Shown one piece after another: positions 1 through 8,616 of a DNA stretch of 64,000 nucleotides. A program made the translations under genes and the position numbers. Below the pieces are notes generated by a model. It saw only the letters and a list, made by a program, of their open reading frames with translations, ran no database searches and had not been told where the DNA came from. Each line of letters begins with the position of its first letter. Position 1 is the first letter of the stretch. Source of the stretch: a virus; the IMG/VR virus record IMGVR_UViG_3300037467_000561, one strand, 5' to 3'.

Positions 1-52
1 CGTCAGCCGCAAGAGCAGCAGCCGAATTGTCTTTTGGCTTTTTAGCTGCCAT
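1..52 (-). CDS. hypothetical protein, first 17 codons only (gene runs off left edge)
   Basis: ATG at 52-50 (minus) 5 nt after AAGGAG (rc of 58-63). Reads MAAKKPKDNSAAALAAD and is open to the window edge. Sits directly downstream of the terminase large subunit, so it could be the portal gene; this is not verifiable here. Confidence 0.3.
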   Translation of the reverse strand, partial: MAAKKPKDNSAAALAAD

Positions 53-139
53 TTGTGCTCCTTTTTATTTACTAAAACGAATAGTAACATGTGACAACAA
101 TCTTGTCAAATATTGTGCTACTATTCGGATTTTGTGGTA

Positions 140-1621
140 TTATAGGGAGGGGATAGGGGAGGGTTGAGTGAAAACTGCCATGGAGAATACCGGCATCACC
201 GTCTGCCTAGCAAGATTGTTGAAGGCGGAACTGGTTGCGTCTACTTGGTCGTCAACATTTTTACGCTCCCCCGAGAAAAAACAAACCTCGTCAAACCAAG
301 CCCTATTCCAGTCGCCTTTTACAATCTTAACGCACTTGTTATTAGCAACACTAGCAAAAGGGTTGAACCTTGTTACTTTATTGCTGTGAGGGTTTACACC
401 TTCTGTGCGAACATTGATTCCGTGAGATGCTAAAAACGTAACATAAAATTTATTGGCAACTTTACCTGCTTGCCCAGGATCGCAAGGAATGATTTGTGTC
501 ACATCTAACCCATCGTGAAGTGCTGTTTCCTTAATCCCTTTTAGCACACCGTCGATCTGTTTTTGAAACCTCACAACATCTTCTATGTAGAAGTTGCCAA
601 AAGCATCCTTAGACATAAGAACACCAGCAGTCCAGTCACATTTAAAACTGTTCGCCTCGTTTGGCACAGAGCTTGCTAAGTCCCATGCCCTAAATTTACC
701 CACAGGATTGATTGGAGGATGGTCTACAATTTCAAAAAGGTCTTCTGTGACCATGGAGCTTCCTAGAACCTCAGCATCCCAAGAGCCATAAAGTAGACGC
801 AACTGGTTTACGCGAGGTTGTGAAAGAAGACGACCAACATATCCAGGGTCGGTCTTTAGAAGCGCAGGGTTGTCGTAACAAGTCATCGGGCAAAATTTAA
901 ACTTCAAAGCTACGAACTCTTTTCCCCTTTCCAGCCCTTGTCCATAATTCTCATACAACTCTTCTTCGGAATCGGCCCACTTAAAATGCGAATTCTGCAC
1001 GACAAAATACCGAACTCTGTGCTCAGTCCCCGGAAGAGGTACACCTTCAGAGTCGAGGGAGTAATCCACCACTGCACGGAGCCATGACGCCTTTGACGGG
1101 TTACAACTCATCATAAGGCTTTTCTTACCAGTGTATGTTGCGCTACGAAGACGAGATAATACTGCCAAAACTTGATCTTGCTGCCATTCCGCAGCTTCGT
1201 CAATAATAAAATGAGTGCGTTCCCAACCTTGAACCTCATACAAATCTTTGGGCATCGCTTTAAAGTCAATTTCTGCGCCATTGGGAAAAACCCAAGTCCT
1301 TGCTTGCGCTTTCCACACACCTCCAAAATGCGGGTAGATTTGCTTTGACGAGCTAATAAGGTCTTTCAACATTGGATAAGTGAGACGAAGGATCATCACT
1401 TTGGCATGTTTGTCTTGAACAAACTTGGCCGCTTTCACCAACGAAAGAAAACTCTTTCCAGACCCCGCCCCGCCCCCTGTGAGGAAAAGGTCTACCTCTT
1501 CTTCCTTTAAAACCAGCCTTTGCTTTTCACTACAAGGCTGGAACGTGGGCTTTTTATCTTTTTTTACACTAGGCACTCTAACATCTCCACTAAGTCTTCT
1601 GGCCTCAAACCAAGAAAACAC
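140..1621 (-). CDS. terL: terminase large subunit
   Basis: 493 aa. Walker A FLTGGGAGSGKSF, Walker B-like HFIIDEA, C-terminal nuclease-like region. Size and motif order are typical of TerL. The start overlaps the upstream endonuclease gene by 58 nt. Confidence 0.88.
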   Translation of the reverse strand: MFSWFEARRLSGDVRVPSVKKDKKPTFQPCSEKQRLVLKEEEVDLFLTGGGAGSGKSFLSLVKAAKFVQDKHAKVMILRLTYPMLKDLISSSKQIYPHFGGVWKAQARTWVFPNGAEIDFKAMPKDLYEVQGWERTHFIIDEAAEWQQDQVLAVLSRLRSATYTGKKSLMMSCNPSKASWLRAVVDYSLDSEGVPLPGTEHRVRYFVVQNSHFKWADSEEELYENYGQGLERGKEFVALKFKFCPMTCYDNPALLKTDPGYVGRLLSQPRVNQLRLLYGSWDAEVLGSSMVTEDLFEIVDHPPINPVGKFRAWDLASSVPNEANSFKCDWTAGVLMSKDAFGNFYIEDVVRFQKQIDGVLKGIKETALHDGLDVTQIIPCDPGQAGKVANKFYVTFLASHGINVRTEGVNPHSNKVTRFNPFASVANNKCVKIVKGDWNRAWFDEVCFFSGERKNVDDQVDATSSAFNNLARQTVMPVFSMAVFTQPSPIPSL

Positions 1622-2805
1622 TCGGAGTAACCGTCAAACTTAGTCGGTGGCCTTTCATAATTCTTTCTAAGGTAAGTTAGCACAGCGCGTTCAAGCCTTG
1701 CGCACATCTCACCGCCCATTTTAAACTCTCGTACGACACTGAAAGTATCACCGTAAGACGTGCTAATATCTTTAGCTCTGGCTTTTGCAGTCTTATTGGT
1801 AATACCGACTTTCACAATATCCTCACATGAGAGTACATATACAACTCCGGTTTTAGTCTGGTCAAACCCTGTTTTAGCACAAGATGGACAGCCCCTACCT
1901 CCGAGATGCTTTTCTGGAGACTGTTTAAAAGTCTTATTGCACGCATTGCAGGTAATGTTAATCTTACGTTCCCTTGTTGTATAATCACACAAGTGATAAG
2001 TGTATTTCTCTCCATTTACCTGTTTAGCTTCTTCCACAAAAAGTGAAGCCGCCAATGTTCTGGATTTTGACCTTTCTTCGACTGCGCATTTTTTGCAACC
2101 TGATGGAGGGCGTCCATTGGAAGAATGCATGTGGTTATCAGGAGAAATTTCAAACACCCCATGCTTATGGCAACGCACTTTCACTTTAGTTTTAACACCT
2201 TTAAACTCTACAAGAGCATAGTCGTAGCGCTCGCCGTGAACTTTTTTCATAGCCTCAATAATCTCTTCTTGACTATAGTTCCAAGTGCCTTTAAGAAATT
2301 TACCAGTTTTAAGGGCCGTAAGATTAACATTCTTAACTGTACCGTCTTCAAATTCAATCTCAAAACGTGATCCTGCAATCACGGATTTTACTGTTACGGT
2401 GTGGCCTTCATGGTTCTTAAAGATGTCCCCAACAGCTACCCTTTCACATTCTTCTTGGTCCGATGCTGTGCCAACTTTAAGTTGGGAGGAGTTTGTCCAT
2501 TTGAGTTTTCCAGATTCTAGGAATTTTACTTTAATCTTCTTGGCGTGTAAGTAGTCCACCACAACACAAGGCCCACAATGGTTAGAATCAAATATATCGC
2601 CAATTTGAACACCATACAATCGAACAGAGTTATCCTTTAACTTTCCGTTCTTGATCTGTGCTGAGTTAGTTTTCTTAATAAAGCCAGTGTTCAAGAATTT
2701 TACTGTTATATCAGTGCTGTTGATATACTCTAAAACTTCTACGTTCCCGTAATTTTCTGTAGGTAGAACATCTCCCACATGAATGGATGGTGCGTTATTT
2801 CCCAT
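1564..2805 (-). CDS. free-standing homing endonuclease, T5orf172 / GIY-YIG-like C-terminal domain
   Basis: Start moved to ATG 2805 (RBS AGAGGAAAG; MGNNAPS...). Three ~33-aa N-terminal repeats (VGDVLPTENYGNVEVLEYINSTDITVKFLNTG etc.). Two Zn-ribbon modules (HKHGVFEISPDNH..GCKKC; ..GGRGCPSCAKTGF). C-terminus VVYVLSCEDIVKVGITNK...R...Y is typical of T5orf172. Confidence 0.8.
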   Translation of the reverse strand: MGNNAPSIHVGDVLPTENYGNVEVLEYINSTDITVKFLNTGFIKKTNSAQIKNGKLKDNSVRLYGVQIGDIFDSNHCGPCVVVDYLHAKKIKVKFLESGKLKWTNSSQLKVGTASDQEECERVAVGDIFKNHEGHTVTVKSVIAGSRFEIEFEDGTVKNVNLTALKTGKFLKGTWNYSQEEIIEAMKKVHGERYDYALVEFKGVKTKVKVRCHKHGVFEISPDNHMHSSNGRPPSGCKKCAVEERSKSRTLAASLFVEEAKQVNGEKYTYHLCDYTTRERKINITCNACNKTFKQSPEKHLGGRGCPSCAKTGFDQTKTGVVYVLSCEDIVKVGITNKTAKARAKDISTSYGDTFSVVREFKMGGEMCARLERAVLTYLRKNYERPPTKFDGYSECFLGLRPEDLVEMLECLV

Positions 2806-3094
2806 TTCTTTCCTCTGTACTAGGTTAATAAATGTGGCTATCTTAGGAGTACAGCCTAAGAAATGGGAGCTACCCTGTTCGCCACAAAACTGAAACAACA
2901 AAAAGCCACACAGCATCCCTGCCGTGCAGCCTCCTTTAGAATTCGGTGAGTGGGCGCCACGCTACCTTGCCCCACTTCTCTAGCGTCCATGCTGACGCCC
3001 TCAGCCTCTTGCCCGCTCTCGCGGTTATGCCCAATCGGAGCAAAGTCCCTCTAGGCAAATTTGTTACGAGAATTAGTTGGTTTCCCAACCGATG

Positions 3095-3286
3095 TCAGCC
3101 CTCGTCGGCTTTGGAAACATCGTTGACGACCTCGACTTCAGTGTTGCAACCAGCTTCTTCTTTCACCGACTCATCTTTCTTGCCGAAGATTGCATCGAAA
3201 TTGCTATAATACTTATCCCAACCAGTTCCACGTGGGCGTGATCCCTTTCCGGCGTCCGCATAGAATGTCTTAGTATCATCACTCAT
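3095..3286 (-). CDS. hypothetical protein (63 aa)
   Basis: ATG 3286 preceded by AAGGAGAAG. MSDDTKTFYADAGKGSRPRGTGWDKYY... The longer track ORF (to 3343) has no RBS. Confidence 0.5.
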   Translation of the reverse strand: MSDDTKTFYADAGKGSRPRGTGWDKYYSNFDAIFGKKDESVKEEAGCNTEVEVVNDVSKADEG

Positions 3287-3552
3287 ATCTTCTCCTTGTG
3301 TTCGTGCCGTCTTTCCGGCTGTCATCAATGAAGGGACACTCATTTATTCCCCGGCTGGGAGTGATCCACGGAACCGTAAGGTTTCTGCACTAGCTTCATC
3401 AGCCGTGGTGTTGTAAATGCCGGGCCAGATGCCCACCGCTCCACTGAATTTGTGGGCCAGCGGTCGTTATGGAAGGGAATTCCGCCCTTCTCTTAGCTCT
3501 TTCGCAGAGCCTCGTCAACCGTAAGGCTAACAATCCGCAGGTAGCAGGATTC

Positions 3553-3628
3553 TGGAGCGGAATGCCGGAAATCGAACCGGCTACTGCAACTTGGAAGGAT
3601 GCTATGTTGCCACTTACACCAATTCCGC
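3553..3628 (-). tRNA. tRNA-Gly (anticodon UCC)
   Basis: Hand-folded cloverleaf: acceptor GCGGAAU/AUUCCGC, D stem GUGU/ACAU with a GG loop, anticodon loop CUUCCAA, T stem GCCGG/CCGGC, encoded CCA. The T-loop appears to be 8 nt (UUCGAUUU), which is atypical. Confidence 0.75.
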
Positions 3629-3634
3629 TATGTG

Positions 3635-3710
3635 TGGTGCCGAATAGAGAAATCGAATCCCTGACCTTCACATTACAAGTGTGCTGCTCTACCTGCTGAG
3701 CTAATTCGGC
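3635..3710 (-). tRNA. tRNA-Thr (anticodon UGU)
   Basis: Canonical cloverleaf: acceptor GCCGAAU/AUUCGGC, D arm GCUC-AGCAGGUA-GAGC, anticodon loop CUUGUAA, T arm AGGGA-UUCGAUU-UCUCU, encoded CCA. Confidence 0.88.
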
Positions 3711-3716
3711 AAAATA

Positions 3717-3790
3717 TGGTGTGACGTTGGGTTTCGATCCCTTCCTACGAGTTTCACAGACTCGTGTGCTCCCATTACACTACCGTCACC
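3717..3790 (-). tRNA. tRNA-His-like (anticodon GUG, extra 5' G-1)
   Basis: Acceptor GUGACG(G)/(A)CGUCAC with an extra 5' G, as in tRNA-His. D arm GUGU-AAUGGGA-GCAC, anticodon arm CGAGU-CUGUGAA-ACUCG, encoded CCA. The T stem is only GGG/CCC plus A-A mismatches, so function is uncertain. Confidence 0.55.
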
Positions 3791-4028
3791 ATTGTTTTCA
3801 GGACGCCTCAACTGCCACAAAGCTGATGAGGAGGGGCACCTACCCTGTAGAGGAAGCGTCTTGAAAACGGCCTCTTATGGAAGCCGAATGCCAATTCTGA
3901 AAGAGCTAAAGGCATGCTCTATAAGCTGTTCCTTCACTAGCATGCAGAAAGCTTCTAGGAGAGGGTCTTGGCTAATTGGTGCACCTGATGTAGCCGTATT
4001 GTCAGTGCGTTCAATCTCAACAAAACCA

Positions 4029-4057
4029 ATTATACACACCTTACCGCTTCTTGTCAA
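4029..4057 (-). promoter_or_regulatory. perfect sigma70 promoter TTGACA-17-TATAAT upstream of the tRNA cluster
   Basis: rc of 4029-4057 is TTGACAagaagcggtaaggtgtgTATAAT. The -35 contains the TGA stop of the upstream ORF. Confidence 0.75.
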
Positions 4058-4425
4058 ATCTTATTAACGTTACCCATGTCAACAACAGGCACATCCCTAA
4101 ATTCTGGCGAAATGTTGTCAAAATCCAACGCTGGAGCGTCGTCATCCTCTTGCGCTGTACTACCAGCCCCTACCATGCCCCGCAACTTCACCTCTAGCAG
4201 AAGACGCTTCAACTCGTCTTCATTGACATCCTTAGCCGAGTCGGTGTAGAACTTCAGCAGCTTTTCAGCAGCAATCATACGCACACGCTCATCTTGACTA
4301 TCAAGACCCCTCTCAAGCACTTCGATAGCCTTCTTACTGATCTTCTTAAGATCACGAACAAGTTTGGCAAGCTCATGTGTCTTCTTGAACACAGCTTGCT
4401 CTTTAGTTGGTACAAGTTCACCCAT
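4054..4425 (-). CDS. hypothetical protein (123 aa), helical, acidic C-terminus
   Basis: ATG 4425 with AAGGAGG 8 nt upstream. First gene of this minus operon, upstream of terL, so small terminase is possible by position only. Confidence 0.55.
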   Translation of the reverse strand: MGELVPTKEQAVFKKTHELAKLVRDLKKISKKAIEVLERGLDSQDERVRMIAAEKLLKFYTDSAKDVNEDELKRLLLEVKLRGMVGAGSTAQEDDDAPALDFDNISPEFRDVPVVDMGNVNKI

Positions 4426-4458
4426 GTGAACACCCTCCTTAAAATTCTTAACGAGCAA

Positions 4459-4487
4459 ATCATAGCATTTGTCGCCATTCTTGTCAA
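4459..4487 (-). promoter_or_regulatory. sigma70-type promoter TTGACA-17-TATGAT
   Basis: rc reads TTGACAagaatggcgacaaatgcTATGAT. Divergent from the promoter at 4498. Confidence 0.6.
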
Positions 4488-4497
4488 TTTTAGGGGC

Positions 4498-4526
4498 TTG
4501 ACAGACAGAATTGTTGGGTGTACTAT
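4498..4526 (+). promoter_or_regulatory. sigma70-type promoter TTGACA-17-TACTAT
   Basis: TTGACAgacagaattgttgggtgTACTAT, 45 nt upstream of ATG 4571. Confidence 0.6.
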
Positions 4527-4570
4527 CCACATCACTTGCCTGTCGCAAGCAACCAAACAGGAGGATAACA

Positions 4571-4729
4571 ATGCTAAACGATGTTAAAGTGTACTTTCAC
4601 GAAGATGGTAAACTTGTTAAATACAATGTAGATAGGGTAGATTCTTACAGCGAAGCCATCTCGGTAATTCGCACACAAGTTTATGGCGTACCGCTCACAC
4701 GCGCAGTGATGGCTCTGGTGAACAAATGA
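4571..4729 (+). CDS. hypothetical protein (52 aa)
   Basis: ATG 4571 after CAGGAGGA. The track ORF's upstream extension lacks an RBS. Confidence 0.5.
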   Translation: MLNDVKVYFHEDGKLVKYNVDRVDSYSEAISVIRTQVYGVPLTRAVMALVNK

Positions 4730-4896
4730 ACGATCTTGACCACATCCTGTACGAAGTAGAGCAACAAGAGCGCAACTTTGCAGACTTTGAAGACCTACGC
4801 TTTGCAGAAATCTTCCTGACCGACAAGGAAGCAAAAAGTAAGAAAATTGCGCTCCATGTAGGGCGTACCCGTAACAAATCTAAACAACAATCTTAA
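4726..4896 (+). CDS. hypothetical protein (56 aa), below the ORF-track cutoff
   Basis: ATGA start/stop overlap with the previous gene. MNDLDHILYEVEQQERNF... ends 10 nt before the next RBS. Confidence 0.45.
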   Translation: MNDLDHILYEVEQQERNFADFEDLRFAEIFLTDKEAKSKKIALHVGRTRNKSKQQS

Positions 4897-4905
4897 GGAG
4901 AAACA

Positions 4906-5232
4906 ATGAGCGACATCATCTCAACCGAAGTTAAAGAAGGTGCTACCGAGTACAAAACTATCGTCACCCCTAATTTCTACGAAATCGTAAACGAAGTGGT
5001 GAGCCACAAAGGGTACGGCTGGGACATCGATCCTGAGCGCCCTCCGTTTTTCAGCTTCATCATGTATGAAGTGTATCTTATCCGCAATGCTAATACGATT
5101 GCTAAAGCTAAGCAGCAACTTGAGTCTGCTGAGAGTGGGCGTGATGTGATGACTAAAGAGAAACGTCAAGAAATCATGGCTAAGGCTCGTGCTGCTAAGA
5201 AGATTAACAAGGATGTGCAAGATGAAAGTTAA
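4906..5232 (+). CDS. hypothetical protein (108 aa)
   Basis: AAGGAG RBS, compact packing. Confidence 0.6.
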   Translation: MSDIISTEVKEGATEYKTIVTPNFYEIVNEVVSHKGYGWDIDPERPPFFSFIMYEVYLIRNANTIAKAKQQLESAESGRDVMTKEKRQEIMAKARAAKKINKDVQDES

Positions 5233-5443
5233 GTTTGCTAACGCTGAGGTGGATGTATGGAAGTTGCGCAAAGGCACTACGTTGATGCTTAGTGGAAGTG
5301 GAGATATTGTTCACTTGAAATCTATGGATGCCAACGTTTGTAAAAATGGGCTGAAAGTGTACGGCATTGTTTCTTCACATTACGATGGAGATGACAGGGA
5401 ATTTTCTTCTGAGTATTATGTCTGGCTCGAACCCCATGATTGA
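5222..5443 (+). CDS. hypothetical protein (73 aa)
   Basis: ATG 5222 overlaps the end of the previous gene. MKVKFANAEVDVW... Confidence 0.5.
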   Translation: MKVKFANAEVDVWKLRKGTTLMLSGSGDIVHLKSMDANVCKNGLKVYGIVSSHYDGDDREFSSEYYVWLEPHD

Positions 5444-5468
5444 CAGAAAGAAAGCCTAGTGCTATATT
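5440..5468 (+). promoter_or_regulatory. sigma70-type promoter TTGACA-17-TATATT
   Basis: TTGACAgaaagaaagcctagtgcTATATT. The TGA stop of the previous ORF lies inside the -35. Confidence 0.6.
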
Positions 5469-5526
5469 GGAGTGTCTAACATCGCTGTTGGGCATTCCTA
5501 TTAACATTTTTACAAGAGGATAATTA

Positions 5527-6306
5527 ATGTCCAACAATGCTAAGCGTTTTACACGAAAGCAAAAGACGGGTGAAAAGCCTGTAGTTGAGGTAGTTGCAGG
5601 TGAGGTTGTTGTCCCTGTTCAACAAAATCAACTTACTGTCAAACATGCGAATCCTCGACAGGAAAAACTACTTCAATATTTGCGAGAAGGTCGTCAAGTG
5701 GTGTTTGCCATTGGCAGTGCAGGTACTGGCAAATCATTTCTTGCTGCATACCACGGCTCGGAACTTCTGCGAGCCAAGAAGATTGATAAGATTTTTCTTG
5801 TTCGTGCTAACGTTTCTACAGGCAAGAGCAACGGGGCATTGCCGGGGACTCTAGAAGAAAAACTGCTCCCGTTCTTCAAACAGACGCTTGAGCATCTTGG
5901 CAAGTTTATGGGTAAAGGGTTCCTCGGCTACTGCCTGACGAGCAAGAAAGTGGAGATGCTGAGCGTTGAGCACATCCGTGGCATGAGCATCGAGAACGCG
6001 CTTGTCATTGTCGAGGAGAGTCAGAATCTTACGAAGGAAGAACTTGAAGCCATTCTTACTCGTATTGGTGATGGATGTCAGCTTGTACTGACGGGCGACC
6101 AGAAACAGAACGACTTGAAGGGTAAGAGCGGGCTGATGGAAACGATTGGGCTAATTGACAAGGCGCTTGGTGATGAGCCTGATTACTTGAGCGACGAAGA
6201 CCTTCACTGCATGACGAAGAATATTGGCGTTGTTACATTTACACCCGAGGACGTTGTTCGCTCGGGCCTGTGCCGAGCATTCGTCAAGATGTATTACCAC
6301 AACTAA
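5527..6306 (+). CDS. phoH: PhoH-like ATPase
   Basis: 259 aa. Walker A GSAGTGKSFLA, Walker B-like LVIVEESQN, then LTGDxxQ. This is the typical PhoH family pattern. Confidence 0.85.
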   Translation: MSNNAKRFTRKQKTGEKPVVEVVAGEVVVPVQQNQLTVKHANPRQEKLLQYLREGRQVVFAIGSAGTGKSFLAAYHGSELLRAKKIDKIFLVRANVSTGKSNGALPGTLEEKLLPFFKQTLEHLGKFMGKGFLGYCLTSKKVEMLSVEHIRGMSIENALVIVEESQNLTKEELEAILTRIGDGCQLVLTGDQKQNDLKGKSGLMETIGLIDKALGDEPDYLSDEDLHCMTKNIGVVTFTPEDVVRSGLCRAFVKMYYHN

Positions 6307-6315
6307 GGAGTTGAC

Positions 6316-6603
6316 ATGTGCAAGGTTGTCAACAAATACAAGGAGCCATACGACGTTTATATAGGGCGAGGAAGTATTTGGGGAAATCCATTTGCAATAA
6401 ATGAAGCTGTTGGGGATACACGAGAAGTTGTTATTGAGAAATTCAGAACACACTTGTTCCAGCAACTTAAACGAGGGAATATAAAAATCCAGCAGTTGCA
6501 AGAGCTTAATGGAAAAACTCTTGGCTGCTTCTGCAAACCAAAAGCCTGCCACGGCGACGTTATTGTCGCTGCCGTCCAGTGGGCTATGAAAGCTAAGGAG
6601 TAA
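6316..6603 (+). CDS. DUF4326-like protein
   Basis: 95 aa. YIGRGSIWGNPF ... LGCFCKPKACHGDV matches the DUF4326 signature as I recall it. Confidence 0.6.
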   Translation: MCKVVNKYKEPYDVYIGRGSIWGNPFAINEAVGDTREVVIEKFRTHLFQQLKRGNIKIQQLQELNGKTLGCFCKPKACHGDVIVAAVQWAMKAKE

Positions 6604-6606
6604 CAC

Positions 6607-7257
6607 ATGTCAGACCTGATGAAGCTGCTCAAACGAGAGATTGAGCCATTTGAAGTGAAAGCTGTGCCCATCAACCAGTGCTACCAGTGTACTATCGATG
6701 ACGGCTTTGAAGATGTTGGGCAGTTTGCACCTCTTGTGGACTATCTGAACAGCGCTGTAGAGGGAGATGTCGCCTACATTAAGATTTCTACTCCTGGTGG
6801 TGCCCTGCACTCCATCATTCCTCTCATCGAGGCTATGAACAACACTGAAGCACACATTGCTATGCATGTAGAGAGCGACACTGCCTCTGCTGGCACAATT
6901 CTTATGATGCTTGCTGACGAAGTGTATATCAATCCATACACCACGATTATGATTCACACTGCATCTTATGGATTCTATGGTCATAGCGGCAACATGGAAT
7001 CGCATGTGGCACACAACACAAAGGGGATTGAAAAGCTTGTGAATGACATCTACAAGGACTTCCTCACCAAAGATGAGATTGCTCGTGTTCTAGATGGTCG
7101 TGAAATCTATCTTACGGCAGAGGACTGCGGTATGCGCTTTAAATATCGCCAAGACGTTCGTACTGGCAATGTCCCTGTACCGAAGAAGGTTCGTAAGACT
7201 CGTAAGAAACCTGTAGAACAAGCTGTTATCGTCACTCGCGGTGTAGAAGAAGTGTAG
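6607..7257 (+). CDS. ClpP / S14-S49 family serine protease-like protein
   Basis: 216 aa. IKISTPGGALHS...TASAGTILMMLADEVYINPYTTIMIHTAS resembles the ClpP/SppA fold core. Confidence 0.65.
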   Translation: MSDLMKLLKREIEPFEVKAVPINQCYQCTIDDGFEDVGQFAPLVDYLNSAVEGDVAYIKISTPGGALHSIIPLIEAMNNTEAHIAMHVESDTASAGTILMMLADEVYINPYTTIMIHTASYGFYGHSGNMESHVAHNTKGIEKLVNDIYKDFLTKDEIARVLDGREIYLTAEDCGMRFKYRQDVRTGNVPVPKKVRKTRKKPVEQAVIVTRGVEEV

Positions 7258-7264
7258 TAATTTA

Positions 7265-7294
7265 GCCTCGCCTTGTGCGGGGCATTTTTATTTG
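7265..7294 (+). terminator. intrinsic terminator
   Basis: GCCTCGCC-ttgt-GCGGGGC followed by ATTTTTATTT. Confidence 0.65.
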
Positions 7295-7304
7295 TACAAA
7301 GGGC

Positions 7305-7333
7305 TTGCATTCTTATGAAAGATGGGCTACCAT
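7305..7333 (+). promoter_or_regulatory. sigma70-type promoter TTGCAT-17-TACCAT
   Basis: TTGCATtcttatgaaagatgggcTACCAT, 29 nt before ATG 7362. Confidence 0.5.
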
Positions 7334-7361
7334 AGATTCGTAAACAAATTTAGGAGGAAGT

Positions 7362-7559
7362 ATGTCGTACGCACCACCAGAGATAGTTTGGGAAAAACCT
7401 GATCTGCACAACGACAAATGGCGGTGGGCTATTTGTCAACCTGATGCTCACTGGGGAGAATGGAAAAGCGGAAGTCACTGGAACAAAGAACAAGCTATGA
7501 AAGATGCCACAGCGGCGTTGGCTGAGATTGATTACAAGCTATCTAGAGGTCTAATTTGA
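7362..7559 (+). CDS. hypothetical protein (65 aa)
   Basis: AGGAGGAAG RBS. Confidence 0.55.
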   Translation: MSYAPPEIVWEKPDLHNDKWRWAICQPDAHWGEWKSGSHWNKEQAMKDATAALAEIDYKLSRGLI

Positions 7560-8077
7560 ACTCCACATCCATCAGCCTTCTTAACGGAGGGTATTTCGAC
7601 TACGAAGCCCCTGAGCGTAGCCGATATAGCATCGAAGACATTGCTCGTGGCTTATCCCACACAGCGCGCTTCTCAGGGCAGACACAGCGTGTTTACACTG
7701 TTGCGCAGCATAGCGTCATTGTCAGCAAAGTAGTTCCAGAAGAACACGCCTTGGCGGGGTTGCTTCACGATGCTACTGAGGCATTCATGGCTGACATCCC
7801 CAGCCCACTTAAAAAGCTTCTTCCTGGGTATGTAGAGCTAGAAAAGCGGGCAGAGGCAGACCTGTGCAGACGTTTCAATGTAAAGTTCCCCTTTCACCCT
7901 TGTATTAAAGAGGCGGATATCAGTGTGTTTGTAGCTGAGCGCAGGGAGATGCAACCTTGTGTACCTATTGGGGAAGAGTATAAGAATGTTGTCCCGTACA
8001 ACAAAAATATAATTGCATGGGACAGCCACATGAGCTATATTTACTTTATGCGTCGTTTTAAGGAGCTTACGAAATGA
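7556..8077 (+). CDS. HD-domain phosphohydrolase
   Basis: 173 aa. AQHS...LLHDATEAFMADIPSPLK gives the H...HD...D metal-binding pattern. TTG start overlapping the upstream TGA. Confidence 0.75.
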   Translation: MNSTSISLLNGGYFDYEAPERSRYSIEDIARGLSHTARFSGQTQRVYTVAQHSVIVSKVVPEEHALAGLLHDATEAFMADIPSPLKKLLPGYVELEKRAEADLCRRFNVKFPFHPCIKEADISVFVAERREMQPCVPIGEEYKNVVPYNKNIIAWDSHMSYIYFMRRFKELTK

Positions 8078-8193
8078 ACAATTTTAAGGGAACTCGCAAA
8101 ATGAAACTGGACGATATTATCTATACAATCATCATTGTTATTATTGCCCTGCTCGTCGGCATCGGCCTTCTTCCTGATATGGTGGATGTATGA
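8074..8193 (+). CDS. small membrane protein (39 aa)
   Basis: ATGA overlap with the HD gene. Hydrophobic core IIYTIIIVIIALLVGIGLL. Confidence 0.35.
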   Translation: MNNFKGTRKMKLDDIIYTIIIVIIALLVGIGLLPDMVDV

Positions 8194-8269
8194 ACTTCTA
8201 TGTAATGTGGTTTATATGCGGGTATATGATTGGGCAGGTGCTGATTGATTATTATTGCTGAGGAGTCCT

Positions 8270-8572
8270 ATGGAATATCACGATGAAGTATTTAAGCTGA
8301 TTGTGCTAAAGCGTATTGGCTGTGAACAACCTGTGCCAGAGCATTTGCAAGAGGAGTTTGACAGACGCTGGGCTGAGAGGGAGGAACAGAGAAAGGCTGA
8401 GAAGCTTAAAAATGACCCTCTTAGTATCAAGCGATATGATCCAGAAATCGCCAGCAACTTTGACGATCCATATGCTTGTATGGATCAAAGCGAGATTGGG
8501 GATTATGTAAAGTATGAAGACTATGTCAAAGTTGTAGAGCATCTTAAGCAAAAGATTTCTCAGGCCTACTAG
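8270..8572 (+). CDS. hypothetical protein (100 aa), paralog family with 8832 and 9047
   Basis: ATG 8270 after GAGGAG. Contains YVKYEDYVKVVEHLKQKISQAY. Confidence 0.55.
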   Translation: MEYHDEVFKLIVLKRIGCEQPVPEHLQEEFDRRWAEREEQRKAEKLKNDPLSIKRYDPEIASNFDDPYACMDQSEIGDYVKYEDYVKVVEHLKQKISQAY

Positions 8573-8616
8573 AGTGGATATAGTTCTGGTGGAGATACGT
8601 ATTCTTGGAGGTTGTG

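Noticed and set aside
3344-3552. Possible fourth or fifth tRNA between tRNA-Gly and the 63-aa ORF.
   Set aside because: I could not fold any 70-90-nt cloverleaf. There is no T-loop (TTCGA-like) sequence and no matching acceptor arms.
3792-4067. ORFs 3792-4067 (+) and 3875-4057 (-) in the tRNA leader.
   Set aside because: They have no RBS, and the minus ORF would start inside the promoter hexamers. The region is the transcribed leader of the tRNA cluster.
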